A stretch of 64,000 bases of DNA from Thalia democratica (GCA_965202585.1 OZ241826.1:74462001-74526000); one strand, 5' to 3'. Positions 39,301 to 52,592 are shown, counted from the first letter of the stretch. Made by a program: numbers and translations. Notes: generated from the sequence alone by a model not told the origin.

Positions 39301-42300
39301 GTCACAACGGGAGAAATGACCGAACTATGACGTCACACGCAAGCGTCTTTCGCCAAACTTTACGACGTGATCAGAACTAAAATGTTAAAACGCTTTCGCC
39401 GTTTGATGAATTCGCTTTCACTATGTGTGGTTAAGCCGTGCTAATCTCGCAGTAATGGTTTCTGCGCTTTCAAGTGTTAAGATTTGCCTTTTCATTGAAT
39501 TAATTGAGCTCGACTCCTTTTAAGGAGGTGATAGTGTACACTCGAGTGTCAGGTACTTGTAACAAGCGAGTGTGGTGACCTAATGATGTGTGCTTTCTGT
39601 TATTTCCGTTTGTATTTTTTAATGTTGACAAGCTCTTTTTAAATGTGTCTTATCAAAAAAGTATTTTATAAATTTAGAGCTTTATAAGCTCAGATTATTA
39701 TTCAGACTGTTTTGATATTTATTATTACACAAGTTTTAATTTTTCGAAATCTTCCCCCACTGCATGCATATTTCTTATTAAGATCATGAAAACTTACTTT
39801 GCATCATTCAATAACTTGATTTGTTTATAACTTGGAATATGTAAAGTCATTAGTACAAGCAGAATATCATTCAGTTGCATTCTCTTTAAGCTAATATCTA
39901 TTGTTCTGTCATTTGACAAACATAAAGCTGACGTTTATCAGGTATTTGATCTCATCAGTTGCATATTTGACTTTTTTATTGTGTAATGCCAAAGTAAATA
40001 ATAAAACGAGTTAAACTACTTGTTAAATATTTGTTTTAAGTTTGATTTTTAATTTTTTGTGTTAAAATTTTGTTATGTTATGACATTTTGAATTTTGTCA
40101 ACTTTTTATGAGCCAACAGTAAATTTTACTACAGTAAAAGGTTAAAATAGTTTTTTGCTTAAACGTATGATTTCTATTAGTCTATTTTTTAATAAAATTG
40201 GTTCTTGTTTACAACTACTTACAACAAACTCATAACTAAACGCTTGTAGTCGTCATTAGCATTAAGCAACTGTGATTTTCCTTCAAAAATAATTTACTTT
40301 CAATCAAATCGGTTGAATTCGAACTCAATTGATTGCCTACCTGCAGCATAGTAGGTGCCATTAGCCAACTTTCCATCTTTGAAGGAATTACGACATGATA
40401 GAGCAGCGTGAACTGAGGGAAATTCTAACATTCACACGGCAGGTTTATCTTTTGTTTCTTCACATCCTTGTGTGAATAATTGATCATTTAGCTCGTTGCT
40501 TTTTTCATTGTAATGTTGCAAAAATCTGCATACTGTTGTTTACAGAAATACTTATCACAACTATCTGAATCGTTGAAATATTATTTTGATAATAACATGG
40601 TAGTACCGGTTGTGAGTTCAGCTCGTTTATTTTGTCAAGTGCCAATTATTGTGGAGACTTTGGTACTTAACCTAATTAAAATTTAGAGTATATTTAACAC
40701 ATGTATCACTTTGGAAATAAAAGTTATAAAATATTGAACAATCTTTAAAACTTAAGCTTTTATTTAAGTGTTTATAGTGAAAAAGCAGCAATATTTATTG
40801 GCATTACCTCACGCGATACATGATATTTCATACATTTTAGCATTTTTCTAAAATATCTACTTTATTATACCGAACATGTTTTTTGCCTAGTTTGTAAATT
40901 TAACTTAGATTTTACGGCTTATTTGGCTATCTAAGCCACTTAAGTTATTCTCAGCTTCTATCAAGTTACCGGAATGCACAGCTATTTTTGAAAATTTAAA
41001 GTCATTTTAGTATTCCAAAATTGGACTTGTTCTTTGGTAAATTATTTTTGGAAAGTGGAAATTACACGGTTTTCAGCGATAAAGCAAATTATAAAATACC
41101 ACAAAAAGCACCTGGAATGAATAAAATATGTTTGGGTTTCTTTTAGTGTATTATATTACTTGTGTAATTTTATAAGTTTGTTTAAACTAAACAGTTTAGT
41201 ATTATAATTCTAGTATTCAAAACCTATCAAAAACTTTAAATGAATAATGTAAGAAAAAATAAATATTTTTAAATATGATCTTAAAGCAGTGAACACGGCG
41301 ATGTTTGTTATTACAACAAAGTCAACGAAAGCCTGAACAAAAGCCATTGGTGTTTTGCTGCCCGCGTTTCAAAACACACCAAAGTGTTACAATTGTCGTC
41401 GCTTTGAACAATAAGCACGCAACTTAACAACTAGTGTGCTTTTGCATAAGGATACAGGAAGGCTTATGAGGAAATCGGACATTAAAAACTTCGCGCTGAT
41501 TGACGAGCCGCCGACTTGAGATGGTTATGTTTATTTATAGAGCACAAGGAGTTTTTGATTTGAACAAAGTTGACATTTTAAAGCAGTTTGTCATCGCAAG
41601 AACAACATCTGACAATACACTGCGCAATTAGCAATGTTTGTTTAAGTTCGGTAGTTAGCAGTCGGTTTTTGTTTATGGAACCATAAATTACAATTGGCTT
41701 TTTAAAAATATGATGGATTGTTTTCCCATTGTGAGCAGCGCTTTTATTTGTTATTTATCAAGTTTTAAACAATGATATAATATTAAATAATATAAGCAAA
41801 CGAAAAATTAAGGTAGAGCAAACAAGTTCTTCAAACAAATAAAAAGTTCATCTAATTTTAAATACGATCGTTGAAAATTAGTTAGTTAATAAGCTTTTGT
41901 TTTAATAAGTCATTTATAAACAGAAACTTATGCATTTTTCATAAGTTGTTCATATATAATTGTGTAATATTAAAATATAACAAGTACCAAAAAAGTAATA
42001 GCTCTATACTTAGTTATATAAATTTAGCTGATGTATTCATTTCAGTATACTTATTACATTTGTTTTAAAATAAATAAAATGATTTTAAAAATTTTTTTAC
42101 GTATTTATAAACCATTTCAATATAACTAACATTATAAAAATTGGAAATAAGGCAGCTTAGTTATTTTAGCGTTAAAAAATGGTATTTTCATTAATTAAAT
42201 ACATTACGCATATACTTAAGCTGTAAAACAGTATGTATTTCTTAAGTTTTGAATGGTAATATTGAATATTTATACTTTTACTAAGTTTGTAACCTTAAAT

Positions 42301-43108
42301 TATACTTAATTCAAGTTACCAAGAGAAAATATAAATAAAGCTTTTGTTGCTGTTTGTCAGTTTCTAGTGGACAAATATTTGCTAAAAAAAATGTTTTTCG
42401 TTTTGACAAAAATACATAGAATATAGTACAAATTTGATTAAGAATCTTTAGGAGTTTTAACAGTTTAAGTATGGGTAAAAAAGAGAAAGCGAATTGGGCT
42501 TTTTTTTTATATAGATAATTACAGTTAATAAAATTTAAATATCTTCTACAATAATTAAAAGCAAAGTCTTAAATATATTTCTTAAATACTTTTAAAGTAA
42601 AACTAATCTTATTGTTCAATTTATCATGTCATAATTTGACTCTAACATCAAATTTCAATTTTTTAATAATTTTATAAGTTTTCTGTATAACACTAAAAAA
42701 TTTTGTTAGTTATATCGTTGTATCATTTGATTTTAAGTCACAATAAGTTTTGTAGCTCAAGAATCGTTCAGATTATTTTATATTAAAAACAAATAAGAAA
42801 TCTAATTTTATGTTGTCGGTTTATTTCTAAGGTATGCAGTTTTAACTATGCCGGAAAGATTGTCGAAACGTGTAAAAACGAGCAAGATAATGATAAATAC
42901 TGAACATAACATTTTAGTTTCTTAAAAAAATCAACAAAAACTATTCAAATTTTAAAAATTTTAGGAAAGAACAGTTTTATTTAATAGATTTTTCTGTTTG
43001 TTCTATTTGAATATTTCTCTTATTAAGTGAATCTATTTTTTATACTACGAATATATTAACCAAACGTTTTGAGATTATTTTTTACCCAAAAGCCTTTTAT
43101 CTAAAAAC

Positions 43109-43276
43109 GGTGCGCTCACGATTCCCACAGTTTTTTTCTATAGTTATTTTTTCATATATATTTTTTTTTACTATCGCTGTTAACCTTTACCCTTGGTAAG
43201 TAAGCGGTTCTCGGGTTTGATCGGTTGGGAATTTTGCCGTTGGGAGTTGTTCGCGGGTTGGTACTGAGCGGTTCCC
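43109..43276. mobile_element. Degenerate Mutator-like MITE
   Basis: Flanked by the direct repeat CTAAAAAC (43101-43108 and 43277-43284). The ends share a CGCTCA core (ggtgcgctca / tgagcggttccc), with degenerate GC-rich subterminal repeats at 43205-43276. Confidence 0.5.
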
Positions 43277-43820
43277 CTAAAAACTTACCAGGTAAGAGGT
43301 CTGTTTTCTGCTTAGACAAAGTTTTTGAACATCATAAGATGTTTCGGATGAGTAAAGTACCAGGCTTTTATTAACCTAATTAAATGTTTATTTCAAAATA
43401 TTTTCCGAATGAAACTTTTACAAATTTGTCAATTTTAAAAATCATAACAAATGTGTTTAAAAATCTCTAACGTTTCGATTTTTTCAATATATTTTGTATT
43501 TTTTATGTGTTAAATACGTTTTTTGTATGTAGGATAGTTTAAATTAAATACATTTTACTTAATGTTCATAAAGACGGAATCATTGATAATCTGTTTTATT
43601 TTTTGATAAACCTGTCACCACAAGCTAATCTAAAAACAGTTATAAATTGACAACAAGCTTCATTAACAAAATTAACCACTGTAAAAAAAATTGTGCAAGT
43701 TTTGTAAGCCTGTATCAATACACATAAATTAAGAATAACTAATAATCACAAAACAAGGTAAATCTTCTATTCTTTATACAAAATTTATGAAGTTCTATAC
43801 TTCTAAAGCAAAGTTTACAA

Positions 43821-44021
43821 GGGAACGGGTCACAAATGCACGGAGTTTAACTTTTGCACGAGCTTTAAGTGTTCTATTTAAGAACTTTAATAACTTAAAA
43901 GTTTTTTTTATCAATAAATACATAAATATTTTGCTTTTTCATTTTAAAATTAAGCTTTTTTTGATTTAACTTTTATTAGTTCGTGCAAAAACGGCGAACC
44001 GTGCATTTCTGACACCTACCC
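43821..44021. mobile_element. Mutator (MULE)-like MITE, 201 bp
   Basis: 44-bp imperfect TIRs starting GGG (31/44 identical; 43821-43864 vs 43978-44021) and a perfect 9-bp TSD AGTTTACAA (43812-43820, 44022-44030). A 9-bp TSD is typical of MULEs. Confidence 0.85.
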
Positions 44022-47000
44022 AGTTTACAAACCTTTATTTAAATAATACCCGTAGAATATCATTAAATGAAAAATTGTAAATACATACTGGGTTTAATAA
44101 GCTAGTGCTAATAGATATTTTTAATTTAAAACTTGATATTATTCAAATTAAAAAAAAAATTATTAATCATTCTAGATTAAAGTACGCTTTTTTAAAAGTT
44201 CAATCTATTCTTTTATTTCAACACGCTCATATAAAAAATTTTACAAAATTTTATCATGTACAAAAAAGCTCAAGAGCTTAAAAACTTTAATTAATTTTTA
44301 TCTAATAAAAGATGTATAAAGTTAACAAATATGTTATTAATGCTTATAAGTATTAAAATCTACAATATCACTATTTTAACTAAAATGTTTAAACAAAGTT
44401 TTTAATTATATAAATAGAGTTGTTTTAGCTTAGTATTTGAATTAAGAAAAGTTAAAAAGATTCTTACTTAGAAATATTTTATTTTGTAGCTTATTCTTTT
44501 ATTAAAAGGAGTAGTATTTTAATTGCAACATTTAAATTTCAAATTTAAAACATAAATTAATAAATTAAAGTTTTTTTGACGAAAAAATATTTACCATAAA
44601 ACTAAAATAAAATGTAAACTATGTTGATACTTACATAAAAATAAAAAAATTTAATTAAAATAAATTAAATTAAGGTAGTTTTACATAAAAATATAACATT
44701 AAGAAACTCAAAAACTGTTAATTACAAAAAATTTTAAACTATAAAATACATATTTTATTTTACTTTTTGTCGACTGTAAGAACAGTAGTTTAAAATGTTC
44801 TATGAAAAACTTCTAGTTTTTTGATTTTTTTATTTTTTATACGTAATTTCATATTTGACTTAAAATAAGTGTACGCGTAAATACTTTTACAATTAAAAGA
44901 AAATTAAAAACTAAACTGTAGGTGATTTTAGTCACAAGGTGCATGAATTTTACTTAGATTACTGTAGGATGTAGATTATGTAAACAAACTTTATAGGTGA
45001 TTAAAAGAAACAAGTGGGTTCATTATATTTTGCAACAGATACAAAAAAATTGTGTGTTTCGTCTCAAACAACTTGCTAAGTTGTTTTGTAATAAATGCTT
45101 TTGATTCTGTTAGAAAAACAGGTGATAGACTTGTTTTTATATTCACTTATAACTTAAGTTGTGGTCAAAGTAATTAAGTAAGGTTTTGAAAAAAAGTTTT
45201 TTAATACAAGAGTGAGTACAAATCTCAGAAAAAAAAAATAAAGAAAAAAATAATAAAGTGTAACCATTAAAAGATAACATACTTAAAAGAATTAAGTAAA
45301 CACCTCACTATGAAAAAAAGCTATAAAATATTATACTAAATTTGTTAAATATTAACGGATTCGTGAAGTATTTTATAAACTTTATAGATTAAAAGTATTA
45401 TATTTAAGTGGAAGTAATATATTTGTTTTATTATAAAAAACAACTATCGAAAAACAAACTAATAAAAGGTAGATTGTAAATGAAAAAATGTTTAATTGAG
45501 TTGTTAATCTAGGCTTTTATAAAAATTAAAATGATGTGTTTTAATTATTGCTAGATTTATTTAACAAATAGTTTGCTTGAAATGTTTTCTTTTTCGGTAT
45601 TTTCTAAACTTTTACTTCACTTTTTTATCCCCTACATGCAATACAATAATGCAAAATAAATAAAGAAGAAAAAATAAAATTCAGTTTACGAGGAAGGTCC
45701 ACTAGAGAATAACACTAAAATACCGTTTGTTGTTACAAACAAAGTAAACTAGTTCATTAGCTTTTTAAGCAAAATTATTTGTAAAATAGTAGTAAGTATT
45801 GATGATTTAAAGAAGTTGTCATGTACCAGTAATATTCTAATATTCAAAAAAAAACAGTATTTTGCAATAAGTTATTTAAGACAATTTTAAGTTTAAATTT
45901 AAGCTAACAATAAAAACTACTTAAATTGTCTTTCTATGTTTCCATTAGCTGTTTTTTTTTTTTACTTTTCTCAACTGTAAGTATTAGTGTGTTATTTTCT
46001 GACATAAAATATTTTCATAAACACTTATGTTGAGTGAATTGTGTACTGATCATAAATAATTTAGATTTTATTTTACATATTGTATATTATACTTCCACTC
46101 TAAGAGTTTTTTTGATAAAGATTACTTATTAGTATAAATTTAGATTTATATAGAGATTTATGCTCGAAATTGTGCTTTAAAAAGATAAATTAAAAGCTTA
46201 GATAGCAGCAAGTTATAAAACACTTTAAATTTCGTCACTATCCCGAAAACGCCATCTTACTGATGATCAAAACTGTGCCTGGTTTTAGTTTTGGTAACCT
46301 CTTGTGTTCATATGTTTTGCTAAACTAGCTTCGGTTACTAAAGTATTAACCTATTTTTGATAAACGTTTTTTTTTCTTTTCATAGTACTCAGAATTATTG
46401 ACTGTTTAAAAGTAGATGTACAAACCTCAATAAATCTTACAATGTAGATAAAACACGACATTACAAAGTTTAAATTACTTAAATAAGTTTTTTCTTATGA
46501 TCATAAAACCTATAAAAAGTGAAATGTACATTATGATTACAAAAACAAAAAATGTAGCTAAAAATTTACATATCCGATTGAAAACTAATTAAAAACATTT
46601 TGGCTTGAACTAAGCGGAAAATTTTGTGTAGAATATCAAACTACTAAAAAGGAGAGAGTCATGTGCTACCAATAAAAATATTATTTTTTTACATTTAAAA
46701 ATAGTCTGTACATCAATTATTTGTTTTTTTTTTGTACAAAGTGCAAGTAGTGTTTAAATTATAAAGTTGTTTTTTTTTGGTTTAACGAGTACGTTTTAAA
46801 TTAATCCTTCTAGAAGTAGTATTTTATTTTGTTTTATTAATTTATTGACTTTAGATTTTACAAGTCTAACATTTTCAGGATTTACTTTATTAACTGAAAT
46901 CACAAATTTTTTATTAACTTAAGTGGACAAGTTTTAACTTAAAAAAAGTTACTTCATTTTTCATAGAAATAAAATAATTGCTCGTTTAGTATTTTATTAT

Positions 47001-48191
47001 ATGTAAGTATTTTTCATTTCTAAATTTTAAAAACAACAATCTTAAAATTTTAGCATAGATATTCCGAAAAAGATGCTTTAGATAGTTTAGTTACTTACTG
47101 CAAATAGTATAAAAAAGTTCTGTTAAACAAAAAATTCAATAATAAAATTAAATTCATAAAGACTCGTTCATTAATTTTGTACTATGAGTCATTTTGTGCA
47201 CTGTTCTGGATTTTAGAAAAAGAAAACATTTGAAAGTTAGAATAACTCTAAATTAAAAACTTTTATATTAAATGAATTATGTAAAATTTGCTATGTGAGT
47301 ATTATAAGTTTTTTATCGTTCATTCATTTTGAAAATTTTTATAAGTTTTATATTATTTTGTGTTTTTAAAAGTTTGTAAAATATGTTTTTTAATTATAAC
47401 TGATTCTATACTACTAGTTATATAACAATTTTATGATAAATGACTTTGAACTTTATTAAAACATAAGAAATTAATAAAAATTATAAATCAAAATACAAAA
47501 AGTAAAGATTAACATTGAGTAAACGAAAATAATTTAACAATTAGATATAGTTTTAAAGTTTTAGTAAGATTGCTTAAAGTTAACTTTGAAAAAATTAAAT
47601 AATAAGAATAGGTGTTTTGTTATGAATAAAGCCTAAGTATTTTACATTAAACAGTAAGAAGACTAAAAACACCTAAAGAATAAGTTGAAGAACTTATAAT
47701 AATTTAAACAGAGTCACTGTTTAATTAAATATAAAAATTAGCGTATGAAAATATAATTAGTAGCAATCTCCTAAACAAAACTTACCGTCTTATACCGAAT
47801 GTACTTCAACCCTATGAGTAATTAACATAAAAAAAGCTCTGGCCTTAAATTTTTTTGATAGACTTTTTTATAGTTTGATACAAAAGTTTATCAAATAAAC
47901 TAAAATTAATTATAATTTTTACCTATATCTAACTTTTATTAAACGATACTGCAATTGCTAAATTACATTAATCAGCCTTATTTTTATTAATATAAATCAA
48001 AACGAAAAGATACTAAAATCCAAACAAAGTTTAGTTTTAAGTATGTTACATATGACTAAAGTAAAACATATACAAAATTATATTTACTTTTGTTATAAAT
48101 ACATACAACAATCTTATACGCTTATTTCTTTACAAAGTCTCAATAGGTATTACTTACAGCATATAAAACATTATAGATATTTTATAGTAAG

Positions 48192-49316
48192 ATGAAACAT
48201 ATAACTGCTGTATTTTTTCTTTTGGTGTTCATTGGAAGGGTAAGCTGTATTGAACCTGATCACAAAGTAACCTACAATGCTGTAAACTGCTACAGATTCT
48301 GGATGTTGAATCCCGATATTAAATATAAAAACGTCACTTACGATGAATGTTACCAGTGGTTTACAACAAGAAAAATCAAGGAGTTCAGTTCATGCACATT
48401 TCAGAAGTGGAACAACTCTTACTTGGGTGTTTCATATTTCAGACCAGTCTCCTGTAAAAGCTACGATGAAAGTTTTGCTTCGAACCACAACTTTCGACTA
48501 GGTTTTTATTACACAAAAGTTACGTACGATTTTGTTTTTAATAAAGTTGAGCATCAACACGATACATCTGTAATACCAAAACTAATGTCTAAAAAAGTCT
48601 GGGAGAGACCAAAGCTAAATTGTAAAATTGAACGTGGTACGTGCAGTACTAACAACTCTGTTTTCATAATACCAAAGTTCTACAACAGCTTTTGTCCAAA
48701 TTACGTACCAGTTTTGAAACATGCAAATAAAAAGCCTAACTTTTTTACCTCAAACAGCAAAAAAAGATTTACTTTTTGCACATTGCTGACGAGCGTTGAT
48801 CCTCCCTCATACGAAGCTCCTTCTGCTACAAGGTGCTTGAGCTGGTTGCAAAACAAAACAGATAAAGAACTTGGTAAGCTGATCGAAGGAAAGCATTTTC
48901 GATTATCAAGTTTTACGCAGCTAAACAACGAGCTGAATAGAAGTGTGGCTGTAGTCGGCTCGACTTTTCTTGAGTACGATTTTATAAACAAAGTTGTCTA
49001 TTTGGAACATCTTTCAAACACTGTAAAGATGTGCAACTTCGAAAACGGTTACTGCTTGATCGAGCAATTTCTTTTGTTTACTGACGAAAATAAATTGAAA
49101 CACCATAAGGCTAAGATCGATGCTAAAAGTTTAACTTTAAATACAAATACAAATTTTAGCTGTACAAATCCTGACTTTAAAAAGATAAAAGAAGAATGGA
49201 ATAAAAATTTTATTATTCCTTTAGAACCTCTTGGTGACACCTCATCTGCAGCTTTATGCCTACCGTTTATTTTATACATTTTTTTGTTGATATTGAGTGT
49301 TTTATACCTTTTTTGA
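48192..49316 (+). CDS. Intronless 374-aa secreted, probably GPI-anchored Cys-rich glycoprotein with a two-fold internal repeat; orphan
   Basis: 1125-nt ORF in very AT-rich DNA. Signal-like N-terminus (MKHITAVFFLLVFIGRVSC), six N-x-S/T sequons, small-residue patch GDTSSAA, then a terminal hydrophobic run with no cytoplasmic tail. Acceptor-like tttatag ends 4 nt before the ATG. Confidence 0.9.
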   Translation: MKHITAVFFLLVFIGRVSCIEPDHKVTYNAVNCYRFWMLNPDIKYKNVTYDECYQWFTTRKIKEFSSCTFQKWNNSYLGVSYFRPVSCKSYDESFASNHNFRLGFYYTKVTYDFVFNKVEHQHDTSVIPKLMSKKVWERPKLNCKIERGTCSTNNSVFIIPKFYNSFCPNYVPVLKHANKKPNFFTSNSKKRFTFCTLLTSVDPPSYEAPSATRCLSWLQNKTDKELGKLIEGKHFRLSSFTQLNNELNRSVAVVGSTFLEYDFINKVVYLEHLSNTVKMCNFENGYCLIEQFLLFTDENKLKHHKAKIDAKSLTLNTNTNFSCTNPDFKKIKEEWNKNFIIPLEPLGDTSSAALCLPFILYIFLLILSVLYLF

Positions 49317-52300
49317 CGCAGTAAACTAAAATATATTTTCTTTGATTTTAGAGTTCTTAACTATTACTTCTTACTGATTCAATAGTTTAAGCTTATCTTT
49401 GAAATGGTATGTAACTTCAATGTAAATTTATGTAAACTTGTTATATATTTTTTAAATTTTTAACAAAATTTAAAATTTGAATTACTAAAAAAATTATTTA
49501 TTAGACACATATTTCATTCATTTAAACGTTTTTTTATTATCCTTTTAAAATGAACTATTTGTTTTACAGTTGTAATACATTAAGTTAATAAAAAACAATG
49601 AAGTTAAAGTATGCTGAATAATTATTATACCTTATTAAAATAAAAGTTTCAAATTATTACAGGACATCTACTTTTTTTGGTTTTTGTTATACATTTTTTT
49701 TAATGTAATTGTGCAAAAGAAGTAACCTTTTACTTGTTGAAGGTAGTTTTTGACGACAATAAAAATATTTCTTAACTTCACTTAAACATTTTACAGGTAT
49801 TTTGAAAGATGTTTAAAAAAATTGTAGTTTATTGTATCTACTCAGATAGATACAAAAACTTTTTACGACGTTGTTATAATTTTGAAAAGTTTTTGTAAAC
49901 TATTATTATTTTGTTTTTGTATAGTTAAACACTCTTTTAATTTATTGTAAAATTTTGCACTATAAACTAACTCATTGAGATTAACTGCCATAAAAAAACA
50001 ATTATTTATAACTACATGTTATTAAATTTGATTTCTTCAATTTTATTGAACATCATTTACGCATTATTTAAGAAAAACATACTTAAATAAAAAATTCCAT
50101 TTATTACACACATATTACATATACGTCAAAAACTTATTTAAAATAATTATTTATAGTCTAAGGTGATAAGACTAGAGCTTTAAGTTTTAAAACTAAAATC
50201 TGTAACACAATAAACTGTATTGATGTCTTGTGACTCATAACAAAAAATTCTTATTGAGTCAATGTTTTTTTAAATAGAAAAATGCAATACATTAATTTTC
50301 ACATAACAAAATACTAGCTGTATAAGCTTTTAAAAAACTATGAGATTAGCACAGACTAATAAGTAAATTTTGTTACTAAAAAACCTTACTGTTGTACAAA
50401 TTAGATAACAAATGATAAAATATCTAAAACCTTTCTATAAACAGAATTAAGCATTTAAAGTATATAAAAGCATATAGTTCTTCTTAATGTTTTAACACAG
50501 TATATTTCTAATAACTAAATGTAATAACTAAAAGTTAAAGGCAAACTCATTGAAAATCTATATAAACATTTTTTTTCTGTTACATCTATCCTCGACGTGT
50601 TCTCCTGTACTAACCTTCGATGAAATTATCCAAGGCGCTGCCTTTTTCTGTAATTTTTTTTACTTAATGTTTTTAAATTGTTTATAACACTTTTTTAGAT
50701 GGTTCGAGTATGGTTTTTGAAATTCATTTGCTAAAAATTTAAATACTTTTAAACAAGAGTTGATTCTTGATAATTGATCGAAAATTTTTTTAGCTTGAAA
50801 TAATTTATCATGAGTAAAAGAATTATACAAGTTATTTGATAACATATAAGTTTAATATACAAAAACTGTCGTTGTATATTTTTAAAGTATACTTTTAAAG
50901 TATTTAGGTGTCTTGAAATTTATTATACAGCTTTAAAAATTCAAAGAACGCTTAAAATTTTTGGAAAATAACTTTGAATTTTTGTAACACATAGGCTACT
51001 GTATTTTATAATCAGTTTAAAAGTATGCAACAAACTAGCTTGACGCTTATCTTATATTAAAATTATTAAATGAAAACTAAAGTTATCTAGTTTAAATTAA
51101 ACCAAAACTATGAAACAGATTCTAACTGGAAAATTTATCTATTAAAGAATCACTCTCTACATGCTTTTCAATTTAATTTTTAAAAAATTTAAAGAAAAAA
51201 ATTGTATTTTTGTTAAGAACTGAAAATATTATTTTTGTAGTAAACAGTTTTTAAAAAATAGAAACTAACATTAATAATAAAAAAGTTCATTTCATTGTTT
51301 TATTCAAATAATCTGCTACTTTTTTTCTTTTTTTTTTTGAAGTGAAGTTTCAATTAGCTTCATTTGAATTAACAGTATAACTTTATTCAGCTCATATCTA
51401 ATACTCAAGATAAATTTATTTAATGTTGTAAACACATAAAAAATATTTAACTTAAAGAATATATGGAAATAACTTGTTTTTTATCGAAACTAGTTTAAGC
51501 TTTATATTATAAATTGATTACAATAATTATTTTTCTTAAATACTTCTGTTTAGCCTACAAAAAAAATTAATAACTTTAACAAAATCCAGATTATTTTCTA
51601 ATAACTAATTGACTTTTTCATAAATAAGATAAAAACTTAATTTGTGTTACAATTCCATTTATAAACCGTTTTTGTAATATTTTTTTGTTAACTAATATGT
51701 TTTTAAGAAACTATTTTAAATAATTAGACAGTTTTTTTAATTCGGTACCACTACCTAATAAGTTTAAATTACTATTATTGCAATTGTGTTTTGTGTAAAC
51801 TTGTTAAAAATTAAGTTACAATCTTATTTAAGACTTTGCTTTTTTTTTTGCTTAGACTTACTTTCTTCACCTCCTTTATTCTTTTTTGCCATTTGTACTC
51901 TTTAGTACTTTTTTTAACTTTAAAATTGACTTTCAGAATTCTTTTCTCCGAATTAACACTTCGTTAATATTCGTTCCAATGGTGTTGAAACATTCTTCTT
52001 CTGGGTTTCTTGCCTACTTTTAGTGACGCTTGTTTTACTTTATGTTTATTATGTAAGTTTATAACTAAATCGTGACATTGGTTCTTTGATATTCCTTTTC
52101 GTCGACATTCGTTGTATTTAAAACCAAATATATGTCTTTTACTGTATCTCCTGGCATCTGAATTAAACTGTCCAAGACGCTCTCTCTTTCTATAAAAAAT
52201 ATTTATTTGAAATTTTTACTTTTTTAGCATACTTTGTTAAGTAGTTTATTTATAGTTTTTTTAAGTAAGCATTCTTAGCTTAATTAACTGCATTTATTTT

Positions 52301-52592
52301 AAAACAAGTTTACTCTTAAGAATTGACCAAAAAACATTTTGATCAATTTTTAGTTTTTAAATGATTTATAATGAGCATATAAGTTTATAAATTTCTGTTA
52401 AAAGAAGTATTTTTATTGAAAAGCACGTTGTTGTCTTTTTTTTATTTTTTAAGGATATATCTTCTCAAACTTTACTATTTTAAATCGTTATAGACTAAAT
52501 TTTGCAAATGCTGTTAGATTTTAATGTTTAACAAACTTTAAAATCTGAATACGAACCAGTTTCTACTTTAAGTTCACTTTTGTTTTTGCCAC

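Noticed and set aside
48701-49279. Minus-strand ORFs of 96 and 76 aa
   Set aside because: Antisense shadows of the 374-aa ORF.
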